A stretch of 60,315 nt of DNA from IMG/VR virus record IMGVR_UViG_3300044996_000347, positions 1 through 60,315 of that record. The stretch is one strand, 5' to 3'. Shown in pieces: positions 18,901 through 26,802 of the stretch. The stretch is from a virus (Duplodnaviria; Caudoviricetes). The first letter of the stretch is position 1. Each line of letters opens with the position of its first letter. A program made the translations under genes and the position numbers. The notes under the pieces are model-generated. The model was not told where the DNA came from. It worked only from the letters and a program-made list of their open reading frames with translations, and made no database searches.

Positions 18901-20911
18901 ACCAGATGTATTTACTACCCAAACAAGAGCAGTAAATGACCAATTCCAATCTGGATATTATATAACAGATATGCTTGGAAATACGGGCTGGAACTTTACC
19001 TTAATTCAAGATGACATAGCATCAACTAATCATCCAATATCTTATCCATTAATTTTAGAATATAATGGAACTCTAAATCAAAATGATACTAACCTAAATT
19101 TAACACAAAAAGGAACAATACAAATTAAAGTAGGATGTGCAATAGACCCAGATAGTATAGGAAATGTAACTCATAATTTAACATTAAGAAACGAAGATGG
19201 AACTTATAATTATACAGTAAATGGTTCATTTAGATGCCCTAATGATTTAAATGTTTGGATTTCATTTGATACTTCAGCCGCTGCATCCGGCAGGTATAGA
19301 ATGAATATAACTGCAATATCTGGAGATAATTCGGCAGACATAAAATCAAGATTAACTGATAAAAATTTTACTATAGATAATAGCCCCCCATATTTTACTG
19401 CGATACCAAATAATTCATCTTTAATTTATGGCAAGGATGGTTTATCTGCGGCTTTTAATGCTTCCGATACTCTTAATCCTCCAGTAACTTATAGCATAAA
19501 CTGGACTGAAAAATTCCAGATTGATAGTTTGGGTGTTTTAACCAATACTACGACTTTATCTGGAGGAGAATATTTAATTAAAGTAATGGTTAATGACAGC
19601 ATAAATAATCAGAATAGCACTATTTATAAGGTCATAGTCAATCAAACATCAATGAATTTATCAATATCAGGAACAACTCCAATTAACTATGGAACAACTA
19701 CTGATGTAGTTGGTTCTAATTGTCCTTCTCAATTAACATGTACTTTATCTCCGTCTAATGGAGTTTATGGTGCTGGAACAAAAACATTTAATTATTCAAC
19801 TATTGGAAACGAAAATTATAGTTCAAGTTCTATTACAAAGAATATTTTGATAAATAAAATTGCAAGTTCAATCTATTTATATTTGGATGGATTAAGACAA
19901 AGCAAAACAATACACGCCTATTCAACTTTAAATTCTACGGCAGTTATAAATACAGGAAATAACATAGATATAGAATTATATGTAGCTGGAACAGGATATA
20001 TCGGGGCTTCTCCATTAGAAAATCTTTCTAAGTTTTCTACAGCCGGATTGTATAATATAACTGCTATTTATCCTTCAAGTGAAAATTACACTTCTAGTTT
20101 TGAAAGGCAGTATGTAACTGTTATAAGCAACGAATCTCAAAGTAAATGCAATATAACAAGCGGGACTTATACAAATCAGCATGGTTCTGAAAAGATGTAT
20201 AATAAATTATGCAATTCGATAGATTTTGGAGTAGTTTATACAATTAAAAGAGGTTCTGATATTTCAATTAATATCCCAATAATTGAGAATGATAATAAGA
20301 AAATGGTTGGGGGATATTGTGAAATCAGTTTAGACTATCCTAATGGAACCGCATTTATAGTTAATCAACCAATGAATGTATTTGATGGTTATGCAAGTTA
20401 TTCCTTTGAGATGATAGATTCCTCTGGTGAATTAAGGGGTGATATATATTGTAATAATGGAAAAGATACTGGAATAAGTTTATTTGGAATAGAATCTACT
20501 GCAACTGGCTCTGGGTTTTCTACAGCTAAAGCTGTAATTTATATAGTTATTTTAATTGTATCAATATTGATTTTTGGAGGATTTCTGGTCATAGGATTTT
20601 CTGTTCCATATAAAAACAAAACAGATGAGATGACTGGATATGTTATTGCATTAAGCAATCTGAAATATGTAAAAATAGGGGCTTTTGCATTTGCATATCT
20701 TGCTGCTATGTTTATATCATATTTCTCTTGGATGATTTGCTTTGCATATTTAGACATGGAATTTGTTTCAAATATGTTTAGATTTATGTTTTATGGGTTT
20801 GGAGCAGCTTTAGTTCCATTATTTATTTTGGGGGTTTATGTAGTAATCGCAAACATAGTCAGGGATAGTAAAATTGCAGACCTTTTGAGCAGGGGGATAA
20901 GAACAAAATGA
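12974..20911 (+). CDS. Giant (2645 aa) secreted, membrane-anchored adhesin with Ig-like, CBM4/9-like and LamG domains
   Basis: Signal peptide; NGGFE...W CBM-like motif; WTHL...LYING...FNGTIDEVRIWNRSLS LamG motif; three C-terminal TMs; abundant N-x-S/T sequons. Confidence 0.88.
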   Translation: MKNRGGIMFFVFLGLILSVLLVPNARANAFTETISSAYNSMIDWITSFFTGIKVLEDAHLLDANKNYVSDIYNQIKSQDNKWETIPADNWIWMKFDQNLTNCGHLFIYGKAKNKTKVELYQEGEEKPFAYFYMNEEKLYDIKLNTIREGSNILYLKTSGEIKVDYIFDPNPTCSGTYLGQAGTGAICHTCSNPCNCYYQCDGSESCGGLTGIYHECFWDGGQCVGGSECDVPGAQNDSFAGINNPPYYYNTTTNISRGYSYVGELVNVSGLVKDLETNVSTAWVNSYSEINYTGENNFSGIKTGYQNFGRNYYAAQTFTAISEDNIYGACVNITRNYALTSANNLTISIRQIILGGVYGSDLVSAKVLNTAISNSSYNLTCVNFTSVYKPSAGTTYGLVISSPSSTGDSAYSVAIDNSTGTDGMYKRYYAGYTYDYPAEDMQYFIILYGTFDIATDYFTINGNDKSVSKVIRTPFAGINSYDFCANDTTGLEKCYTYYINTQNETPASQGYTPNGQIISLPNNTKINGVNTLTFNVYENSNQVCEQEYANVSTACGGLSTGNYATTGSWNNVRKLYDGEYWTYTYPYINDSSLLINYTKPSNATNLSKLYYKGGFTEKELDIPQTCWAYNETKISFRITSSYYILIKNSSVYCFNGSGWVNMYFANGTSGFYGVFYEERMNWRIPSPDKTILQNISVWFKNSSDTTYNTLEACSSVDLITQECELDIRNTTKFTENVSYNFQLRACDIYGICNNSIDVKTYRVDNGAPSIKNLKIIYSNNATSAKAGAVINFYINASDNSTLINNSWINTGEINGSSFNLNNISGTNRVGEWSYWNAAVTVNYTENQIPAIIPFYFNDSASPQNERDSGFAVYIDNSFPNYSNQIINPSVIYNNDIVSFKIDVTDNYRLKKATLNLYYANWTRPPNLINASKNNGGFETAGAGGADVFANWGEQAGNGKIVRDTVDYYEGSASVRFDTNTTNQYMYQDVLPASPNNYKRYRYSFAAKTNTTNAYVRVYSGTEYTRHNLSSNWQNFSGEFSNAYTRLYLDPETVINVTLWIDNFEIEEAFISNITLNGTSATATRSMRLKTANYTFNFTLYDDAGNTIQSARQNFSVLGNENPINISLISPANSAIMKNPINFSFNITGDNATICEVNYDGNILGNITNVAANQLKSLSINSSENYGDWWITCDNADGKTYTSNTYNLTIDLTNPNVSYFNPANNIYINSSLYNFTANITDNQEVNNATISIYNSSGSLFNKTTTMILAPIYFIGTLIGNFIDGIYTYFWEIYDTAGNYFRGENYTLTVDTTYSNINFVSPTPDSGTLTVNRSFIINISINELNLANLTYNWNGTNYPVYDNSLLLMYNLDNKSSLGESSTEVFDLSQYGNNGTANAVWTSSGKYGGAFQFNATAGQGIVVNTNNDSFNINDSTTASLTITAWVKHLTTPSEKNIVSKAPGGIGNNKGWLFYFSGSSFGVTYNNGSASGQWVGSAAVTADTWTHLSAVFNSTGIALYINGVLKNNHVYNRTGSFANSNAVTIGKRGSTTGTFNGTIDEVRIWNRSLSADEVNQMYNRNLQKYNSTQWYLYVNQSKNSTMGLTTGNYTYQAFTTDLAGNINQTEQRSYEVDISPPNCTLLSKTPSDILDNSTGILSIILNCTDRAGINITKIGDHYPFFITRSVDVFISSAGIPNYWSTRYPNNSLAVTGNLTPLYKIWRALGRNEGYWYENLTESGLSDCSGLSPCYAPLNDTFSYAIEDGNYGHFTVTAVDSTNTSVIINYTHPAVDISAFRQSVYLSYENMVNEAKKNFTIRNNAWVLTKRFDAEAYGNTSNYTMNSFRNFGMEDTPTKTLRIYYCNSSIENSSGGIPNGFTAISNSNCNLINSLTSTEINNRVFTDINSSYSKSAYGIINGKFAGITATREFYIMYESPETGANKGYNIRYVNGSTNTDIGFNETRTAWTSTNQGGVWAQTSWTPDVFTTQTRAVNDQFQSGYYITDMLGNTGWNFTLIQDDIASTNHPISYPLILEYNGTLNQNDTNLNLTQKGTIQIKVGCAIDPDSIGNVTHNLTLRNEDGTYNYTVNGSFRCPNDLNVWISFDTSAAASGRYRMNITAISGDNSADIKSRLTDKNFTIDNSPPYFTAIPNNSSLIYGKDGLSAAFNASDTLNPPVTYSINWTEKFQIDSLGVLTNTTTLSGGEYLIKVMVNDSINNQNSTIYKVIVNQTSMNLSISGTTPINYGTTTDVVGSNCPSQLTCTLSPSNGVYGAGTKTFNYSTIGNENYSSSSITKNILINKIASSIYLYLDGLRQSKTIHAYSTLNSTAVINTGNNIDIELYVAGTGYIGASPLENLSKFSTAGLYNITAIYPSSENYTSSFERQYVTVISNESQSKCNITSGTYTNQHGSEKMYNKLCNSIDFGVVYTIKRGSDISINIPIIENDNKKMVGGYCEISLDYPNGTAFIVNQPMNVFDGYASYSFEMIDSSGELRGDIYCNNGKDTGISLFGIESTATGSGFSTAKAVIYIVILIVSILIFGGFLVIGFSVPYKNKTDEMTGYVIALSNLKYVKIGAFAFAYLAAMFISYFSWMICFAYLDMEFVSNMFRFMFYGFGAALVPLFILGVYVVIANIVRDSKIADLLSRGIRTK

Positions 20912-21135
20912 CAAGTAAATCAAATCAAAAATCAGGAGTATCATTCTGGATGTTTAAAGCTCCGGTAGCATTAAAACAAGTATTAGATAATGTTAGAAGG
21001 GAAAGAATTAAGAGAGGGAAAGATTTAGAAATGAAAAGTTATAGAAGGCTTGGACTTGCTATAGCTAGGCATAATAATCTTATTAGGGATTTAATGAATG
21101 CAGATATGAAGGAGGAAATGAAAAATGAGCAGTAA
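20908..21135 (+). CDS. Small basic hypothetical protein
   Basis: Overlaps both neighbouring genes. Confidence 0.65.
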   Translation: MTSKSNQKSGVSFWMFKAPVALKQVLDNVRRERIKRGKDLEMKSYRRLGLAIARHNNLIRDLMNADMKEEMKNEQ

Positions 21136-21661
21136 AGCACAATTCACACTATTCCACTTTATAATATTTTCTTTCTTAGCTGTGATTTTCTTTGCTGGAT
21201 TAATTTACATTATGGGTCAGTTAAATAGTGTATTTAATCAAATTGGATTAGCCAATGAAGTCAATGCAGGGCAATCAGGATATGTAAATATGAGCCAAGC
21301 ATCCCAGCAAATTTGGGGAAACGCATATCAATCTATACAAGCATTAAGAATGGTTGCGATAGTATATATTTTATCTCTTGCAGTGATAACTATAATAATC
21401 GGAGCATTTGAAAGGAAATATCCTTTCTTGTTTATAGTCTATATTTTAATAACCGTATTGGCAATAATCTTTGCACCGCAGATTTCAAATGCTTATGAGA
21501 AGATACTTGAAACAAACATATTTGGCGGAGAATTGGCAAATTTCTCAACCGCTAATTATTTATTGCTTAATCTTCCAACTATTGTCATGTTTATTGGGAT
21601 ACTTGGAACGATATTTTTATTAATAAATTTAATCAGAACAGCGGGAGAACAATCAATATGA
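21125..21661 (+). CDS. Polytopic membrane protein with class III-like leader (SKA|QF)
   Basis: Four hydrophobic segments; NxS sequons in loops. Confidence 0.8.
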   Translation: MSSKAQFTLFHFIIFSFLAVIFFAGLIYIMGQLNSVFNQIGLANEVNAGQSGYVNMSQASQQIWGNAYQSIQALRMVAIVYILSLAVITIIIGAFERKYPFLFIVYILITVLAIIFAPQISNAYEKILETNIFGGELANFSTANYLLLNLPTIVMFIGILGTIFLLINLIRTAGEQSI

Positions 21662-24084
21662 AGCATAAAATAAGCTATTATAATCGATTTATAGCCATCT
21701 TTTTTATCTGTATGATGTTTTATATGAGTTTTGTTTTAGCTTTGCCGAAGGAAATAGCAAGATGGACTTTCGATAATAATTCCACAAATTCAACTATTAC
21801 GGCTTATGGAATTAATGCAACAACTATTGGAACAGTGGGATTCAATGAAGGTGCATTAAATTCTACCCGTGGTAATTTAAATCTAACACAAGGAAAAGGA
21901 GCATTGTTTATGACTGGCAGTAATTCAGTATGTGCAAGGGTAAAGACAACAAATCACAGCCTTGCGGGTATATTTGAGTATCAATGGATTTATGAATTTA
22001 GAATTAATGGCGGTATGCTGACTTTCTCTGCTTCAGACAGCCCATCAACAAATGTTTATTCAAATACAAATCAATCAACGGGAACTTGGCAGCACTTTTG
22101 TGTTGTAAGATACGCAGGAAGTAATTATACAATGTATATAAATGGAACTTATAGAAATAGTTCAACAGATGCTATAGGAAAAGAATATTCAAATGAAATA
22201 GTTATAGGAGCAAATTATGTTCATGCAGCTCAATTTGGGGGTTTAATTGATAATATAAGAGTGTTTAATGGCTCTTTAAGTGAGTCGGAAGTTATTGATG
22301 TTTATAATAATATATTTCCAGTAGAGGTTAGTTTATCATCCCCCGCTAATAATGGTTATCTAATTAACTTTCCATATAGACTAAACGCATCTATTCAGAG
22401 CCAGAACGAAACTTTAATTAATTCTAGTTTCTATGTTTATTATTCGAACGGTTCTCTCCAAAAAATTTATAACAATACAATCACTGGAAGCTTGAATACT
22501 TCTTCAATGATGATAGACAACCTTACTTTAGGCAGTTATATTTGGAATGTTCATGCTTGTGATGCTTTGGGGTGTGCATGGTCTCCTATTAATTATACTT
22601 TTACTTCGGGGTATGCAATTAATTCTATAAATTATAATTCTACTTCAAATTCAGGTTCGTTAGAATCAATAGGAATAAATTTAACATATTCATCTATTTA
22701 TACGGGAATAAATGTTATTTTAAATTATAATGGGACAAATTATACTATGTCCGCCTTAGATACAGGAATGACTAAAAATTATTTATACAGTATAACTACT
22801 CCTTCTGTTTCTGCACAGACTAATACCCCATTCTTTTTTAAAATTATATTAACTAATTCCAATGGAACTTCAGTAATTACTACTAGTTCATATAATCAAA
22901 CTGTGAGCCCTCTTCTAATTGATAATTGCGGTTCATATACTAAAGTATTGCTGAATATGAGCATTTTAGATGAAGAATCTTTGCTTCCATTGAATGGAAC
23001 AATTATTCTTACTGCAAATATTTATACATCTGGAACAAATACTCTTATAACCTCATATAATAGTTCATTCAATTATATATACCCCACTCCTGCGAGGATT
23101 TGCTTGTCAAATATTTCCACAACTTATGATATGGATTACCAGATTCAATTTTGGTCTAATTCATCTTACTTTAAGAAATATAAAACTATCCAAAATATGC
23201 AGATAACAAATTCAACTTTGCCGCAGAATATAATATTGTACGATTTGCAGCAGTCATCGGGATATTCTTTCAGTGTGATAGTTGTAGGCAATTTATATTC
23301 TACAAATGGCAATGCAGATTTATTAGTTGATGTTCAAAAGAAATATATCTCTCAAAATAAATTTATTTCCATAGAAAGTTCAGAGACAAGTTCAGACGGG
23401 ATAGCAATAGCTCATTTAATTCCAAATTCAGAAATATATAACTTTGTTGTAAGTTATGCTGGAGTTACTTTAGGTACATTTAATAATTATCAGGTTCAAT
23501 GCCAAAATGTTGTGACCAGTTCATGTGCTATTACTTTAAATCTTGCCCAATCAACTGCTCAACTCCCAGATTTTTATAACTATGGAAATATAAGCCAAGT
23601 CCTTCAACTTGTAAATAATACCTTGTATCATACATTCAGTTCCACCGACGGAATAACACATACTATAAGAAGCTGGGTTATAAAAAATGATGGATATTCA
23701 AATACAACAATATGCAACAATACTGCTGTTGGAACATCTGGAACAATAGCATGTGATATCCCGGTGGTGTATCAAGACAGTGATTTTTGGGTGAGGACTT
23801 ATGTAGATGGAAATTACATCAGCTCAAATTTCTTTTCTCAAGGAACAAATCATAATTGGTATGGAGCAGATATAATTATAGAGATATTAATGTTTAGCTG
23901 TCTTACTTTATTACTAGTTTATCACCCTATAACTATAACCTTGGGGGCAGTCTTAGGGATGACCTTTTCTGTTCTTTTATTATTTGCAGGTCAAGGAAAT
24001 TTTGGCTCTATATTTGGAGCTGTCTTATTTTATATTATTGGAGGTATTGTTGTAATATGGCAAATATCAAGAAGACAATTATGA
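21658..24084 (+). CDS. Secreted LamG/Ig-like protein with three C-terminal TMs (putative virion spike or terminal protein)
   Basis: Signal peptide, WQHFCVV...MYING...GLIDNIRVFNGSLS, many sequons. Confidence 0.85.
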   Translation: MKHKISYYNRFIAIFFICMMFYMSFVLALPKEIARWTFDNNSTNSTITAYGINATTIGTVGFNEGALNSTRGNLNLTQGKGALFMTGSNSVCARVKTTNHSLAGIFEYQWIYEFRINGGMLTFSASDSPSTNVYSNTNQSTGTWQHFCVVRYAGSNYTMYINGTYRNSSTDAIGKEYSNEIVIGANYVHAAQFGGLIDNIRVFNGSLSESEVIDVYNNIFPVEVSLSSPANNGYLINFPYRLNASIQSQNETLINSSFYVYYSNGSLQKIYNNTITGSLNTSSMMIDNLTLGSYIWNVHACDALGCAWSPINYTFTSGYAINSINYNSTSNSGSLESIGINLTYSSIYTGINVILNYNGTNYTMSALDTGMTKNYLYSITTPSVSAQTNTPFFFKIILTNSNGTSVITTSSYNQTVSPLLIDNCGSYTKVLLNMSILDEESLLPLNGTIILTANIYTSGTNTLITSYNSSFNYIYPTPARICLSNISTTYDMDYQIQFWSNSSYFKKYKTIQNMQITNSTLPQNIILYDLQQSSGYSFSVIVVGNLYSTNGNADLLVDVQKKYISQNKFISIESSETSSDGIAIAHLIPNSEIYNFVVSYAGVTLGTFNNYQVQCQNVVTSSCAITLNLAQSTAQLPDFYNYGNISQVLQLVNNTLYHTFSSTDGITHTIRSWVIKNDGYSNTTICNNTAVGTSGTIACDIPVVYQDSDFWVRTYVDGNYISSNFFSQGTNHNWYGADIIIEILMFSCLTLLLVYHPITITLGAVLGMTFSVLLLFAGQGNFGSIFGAVLFYIIGGIVVIWQISRRQL

Positions 24085-24554
24085 ATAAAAAGGCAAGAGC
24101 ATTTGTCCAAATAGTATTGGGAATAATAGTCATTACTTTCTTTGCTATGACTTTAGTGGCATTTCCTCTTAGATTTATAGGGGAAACAAATCCAAATTCT
24201 GAAATAATCACCGAAGGAAGTTTATCCAACAGCTATTATTCAATGAACAGCTCACTTAAAAATTTAGAAAATATGAAAGATAATATTCAAGCTCAACTTT
24301 CTGGTGCTAAGGTAACCCCCGCAGATTATATATTCCTTATTTTTCAAGGAGCTTTTGAAATACCAAAAACAATGTTTTCCTTTGTAGTTTCTGGAGTAGT
24401 AAGCATATCAGAATTATTTACTGGAGGATTAGTAGCAGATTCTGGAATCAGCATGGTAATAACTACAGGAGTATCTATTTTATTTGCGGGGATAATTATA
24501 ATAATAGTCATTGCGGTTATAAAATTTATAAGGGGGAATGATGCTGAAAGATGA
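24081..24554 (+). CDS. Membrane protein with class III-like leader (KKARA|F)
   Basis: N- and C-terminal TMs; ATGA overlap suggests a start at 24081. Confidence 0.75.
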   Translation: MNKKARAFVQIVLGIIVITFFAMTLVAFPLRFIGETNPNSEIITEGSLSNSYYSMNSSLKNLENMKDNIQAQLSGAKVTPADYIFLIFQGAFEIPKTMFSFVVSGVVSISELFTGGLVADSGISMVITTGVSILFAGIIIIIVIAVIKFIRGNDAER

Positions 24555-24877
24555 CATATCCTGAATTAAATTCGACATTAGTATCAAACAACTTAGCAGA
24601 GATTCTCGTCTATGCTAATACAGTAACTCACCAATGGTTTGGTATAACTTTAGTTATCTCTTTTTTTATAACTATATTATTAGCTTCATCATTTATGCAG
24701 TTTAGATATTCTGGAAGAATAAAACCCGAAACAAGTTTTCTTGCAAGTTCATTTGCTACTTTGGGATTTGCCGTAATATTAGAGCAATATTCTGGAATCT
24801 TGAATACAACTTATTTTTTTATATTGATAGCAATAACTATTTTATGCTTCATTTGGGTAGTATTCAGTTCTGATTAA
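24551..24877 (+). CDS. Three-TM membrane protein
   Basis: Hydrophobicity pattern. Confidence 0.75.
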   Translation: MTYPELNSTLVSNNLAEILVYANTVTHQWFGITLVISFFITILLASSFMQFRYSGRIKPETSFLASSFATLGFAVILEQYSGILNTTYFFILIAITILCFIWVVFSSD

Positions 24878-24941
24878 AAGATAACTTAGTTTACGAAGTT
24901 TACAAACAATTTAAATACTTTTCAGCAGTGATATTTTTAGG

Positions 24942-24987
24942 TTTAGCAGGAAGTAGTCTAATAGCTGAACCGCTATTTCTTGCTAAA
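24942..24987 (+). promoter_or_regulatory. 15-bp stem hairpin in the 5' leader of the putative capsid gene
   Basis: tttagcaggaagtag / ctatttcttgctaaa with two G-U pairs, between TATA tttaaata (about 24910) and SD gaaaggaggt. Confidence 0.55.
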
Positions 24988-25031
24988 TTAACTTAACACA
25001 ATTTGAAAGGAGGTTTTACCTCAAAAAAACT

Positions 25032-25379
25032 ATGGATTACACAAAATTAATGTCTAAATTCAAGATGAATAGAAAGGGAGTTTTTGGATTGTCCGCAATC
25101 CAGTCTTTCTTTGTAGCTATCTTGGGTATAGGATTACTTGCTTATGTAATTGTCATAATTATGGGTTCTTTGCAAAGTGCAAATATTGTCACCAGCGGCT
25201 CATTAGCCTCTAACCAGACAAATTACATTTTGACAAATGTATCCTCTGGAGTTACAGGGTTCTTTAGCTCTATAAATCCAGTTTATGCTATACTGGCAGT
25301 ATTAGTTATAATCTTAGTACTAGTTGTTCTTGTAAGAGTTGTTCAGTCACCTGCTGGAAACTCTAGTGTTCAACTATAA
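25032..25379 (+). CDS. Putative major capsid protein (two hydrophobic helices, prepilin-like leader RKG|VF)
   Basis: Helical hairpin with NQT/NVS sequons in the loop; own promoter and strong SD. Confidence 0.7.
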   Translation: MDYTKLMSKFKMNRKGVFGLSAIQSFFVAILGIGLLAYVIVIIMGSLQSANIVTSGSLASNQTNYILTNVSSGVTGFFSSINPVYAILAVLVIILVLVVLVRVVQSPAGNSSVQL

Positions 25380-25510
25380 GGTTGTAATTAGTAGATAACG
25401 GAGGCGTGGTTTCCTCCTCTGTAACTCATTGGAAACCATTTATCATTATACTTTGTTTAAAAATGGCTTTGCAGGTAGCCTAGAATACCTGCTTTAAAAT
25501 CATTGCAAAA

Positions 25511-25642
25511 ATGCCAATCAAATTAGAAAAAAAATTAATGAAAGAAACAAGAATTAAGTTTCACTCAGTAAAATCTCCAAGAGCCAGAACTTATATTTTT
25601 AGAACTCTGCGAAAAACAGGAGGGAAACCTAGAAGAAGATGA
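25511..25642 (+). CDS. Small basic protein, putative nucleoprotein
   Basis: MPIKLEKKLMKETRIKFHSVKSPRARTYIFRTLRKTGGKPRRR; ATGA-coupled to the next ORF. Confidence 0.6.
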   Translation: MPIKLEKKLMKETRIKFHSVKSPRARTYIFRTLRKTGGKPRRR

Positions 25643-25737
25643 AAAAGTTTAACGACGATATATTAAAACCGGATGAGTATAATCTTATTAAAAAAAAGAA
25701 AAAAGCAAAAAAACACGGAAAGAAAAAGAAAAGATGA
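25639..25737 (+). CDS. Very small Lys-rich protein
   Basis: MKKFNDDILKPDEYNLIKKKKKAKKHGKKKKR; ATGA overlaps on both sides. Confidence 0.5.
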   Translation: MKKFNDDILKPDEYNLIKKKKKAKKHGKKKKR

Positions 25738-25943
25738 AATGCAAATTTGGAAGAGAATTAAGGATGGGCATGAAGATTGAGAGAAAACATGCTCATTTAT
25801 TTCCTAAAAATGTCAGGAAGGAAATAGTTAAAAGAATTGTTTTAGACCATATCAAAGAAAATCCTTGTTATTATTCAAAGGGATTAATTCCTATGGAAAG
25901 AAAATTGAAAGGGGGTTTTTATGGGAAAAGAATTATTAAATGA
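25734..25943 (+). CDS. DUF5661-like small viral protein
   Basis: ELRMGMKIE..H...IVLDHIKENPCYY pattern. Confidence 0.6.
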   Translation: MKCKFGRELRMGMKIERKHAHLFPKNVRKEIVKRIVLDHIKENPCYYSKGLIPMERKLKGGFYGKRIIK

Positions 25944-26499
25944 TAAAAGGGGAGTTTTTGGGCTGAGTGCGATTCAACTATTCTTTGTAGCTATCTTGAG
26001 TATAGGATTACTTGCTTATGTAATTGTTATAATTATGGGTTCTTTGAGTGGAACTACAATTCTCAGCAAAAGTTCTACTACCGTAGCAAATGAAACTTAT
26101 ACAGCAAGTGTTCCTGCTTGGATTAACTCTACAGGTTACACTTTAAGTAAAGCTTCAACCCAAGGATTCTCGGCAACAAGCTTATTGGTAATTAATGCCA
26201 CCGATGGGACTACAGTTCCGACAGCAAACTATACTTACACCTCTGCGGGAGTTGTTACAAATACAACACCTAAAGTTTATAGTGTTGTAAATATTACTTA
26301 TACTTACAACTATAATACTCAACACCAAAATAATTTAGAGGGAGTTCTAACCAATACTTCGAGTGGAGTTACAGGGTTCTTTAGCTCTATAAATCCAGTT
26401 TATGCTATACTGGCAGTATTAGTTATAATCTTAGTACTAGTTGTTCTTGTAAGAGTTGTTCAGTCACCTGAAAGAACTCAATCTGCACCACAGCTATAA
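25921..26499 (+). CDS. Putative minor capsid protein, paralog of 25032 with an inserted extracellular beta domain
   Basis: Same KRG|VF leader and both TMs; Thr-rich insert with several sequons. Confidence 0.7.
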   Translation: MGKELLNDKRGVFGLSAIQLFFVAILSIGLLAYVIVIIMGSLSGTTILSKSSTTVANETYTASVPAWINSTGYTLSKASTQGFSATSLLVINATDGTTVPTANYTYTSAGVVTNTTPKVYSVVNITYTYNYNTQHQNNLEGVLTNTSSGVTGFFSSINPVYAILAVLVIILVLVVLVRVVQSPERTQSAPQL

Positions 26500-26802
26500 T
26501 GGAAGTTATTTGGCACTTTCTAACTCAGCCAAATCGTTAGTGGATTTTTCGTTAAAATCCATTTTTTATTTTTACTATTTTTAAGTTGTTATAAAAATAT
26601 ATAAAGAAAAGAATTTTAAAATTAAGATGAAATTAAATGAACAAACGAAAGAATATGAAAGTAAAGATAATAACTAACTCCGGTTATAAGTATTTTGGTG
26701 AGAAGATTTCTGAAAATACAATATTTATAGAAATTATTGATGAAAAAGAAGGAAAGATAAAAGTTCCATTAGTAAATATTTCTTTTATGAAAGAGGTAAA
26801 AG

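Larger units (their letters stand above)
25247..26470 (+). repeat. 107-bp identical direct repeat (25247..25353 and 26364..26470)
   Basis: tggagttacagggttc...gttcagtcacctg; a 66-bp 5' repeat with 2 mismatches also lies at 25107..25172 and 25981..26046. Confidence 0.95.

Noticed and set aside
21125-26499. Type IV pilus or archaellum operon
   Set aside because: No PilB/FlaI ATPase, TadC/FlaJ platform or prepilin peptidase; the subunits have a second C-terminal TM
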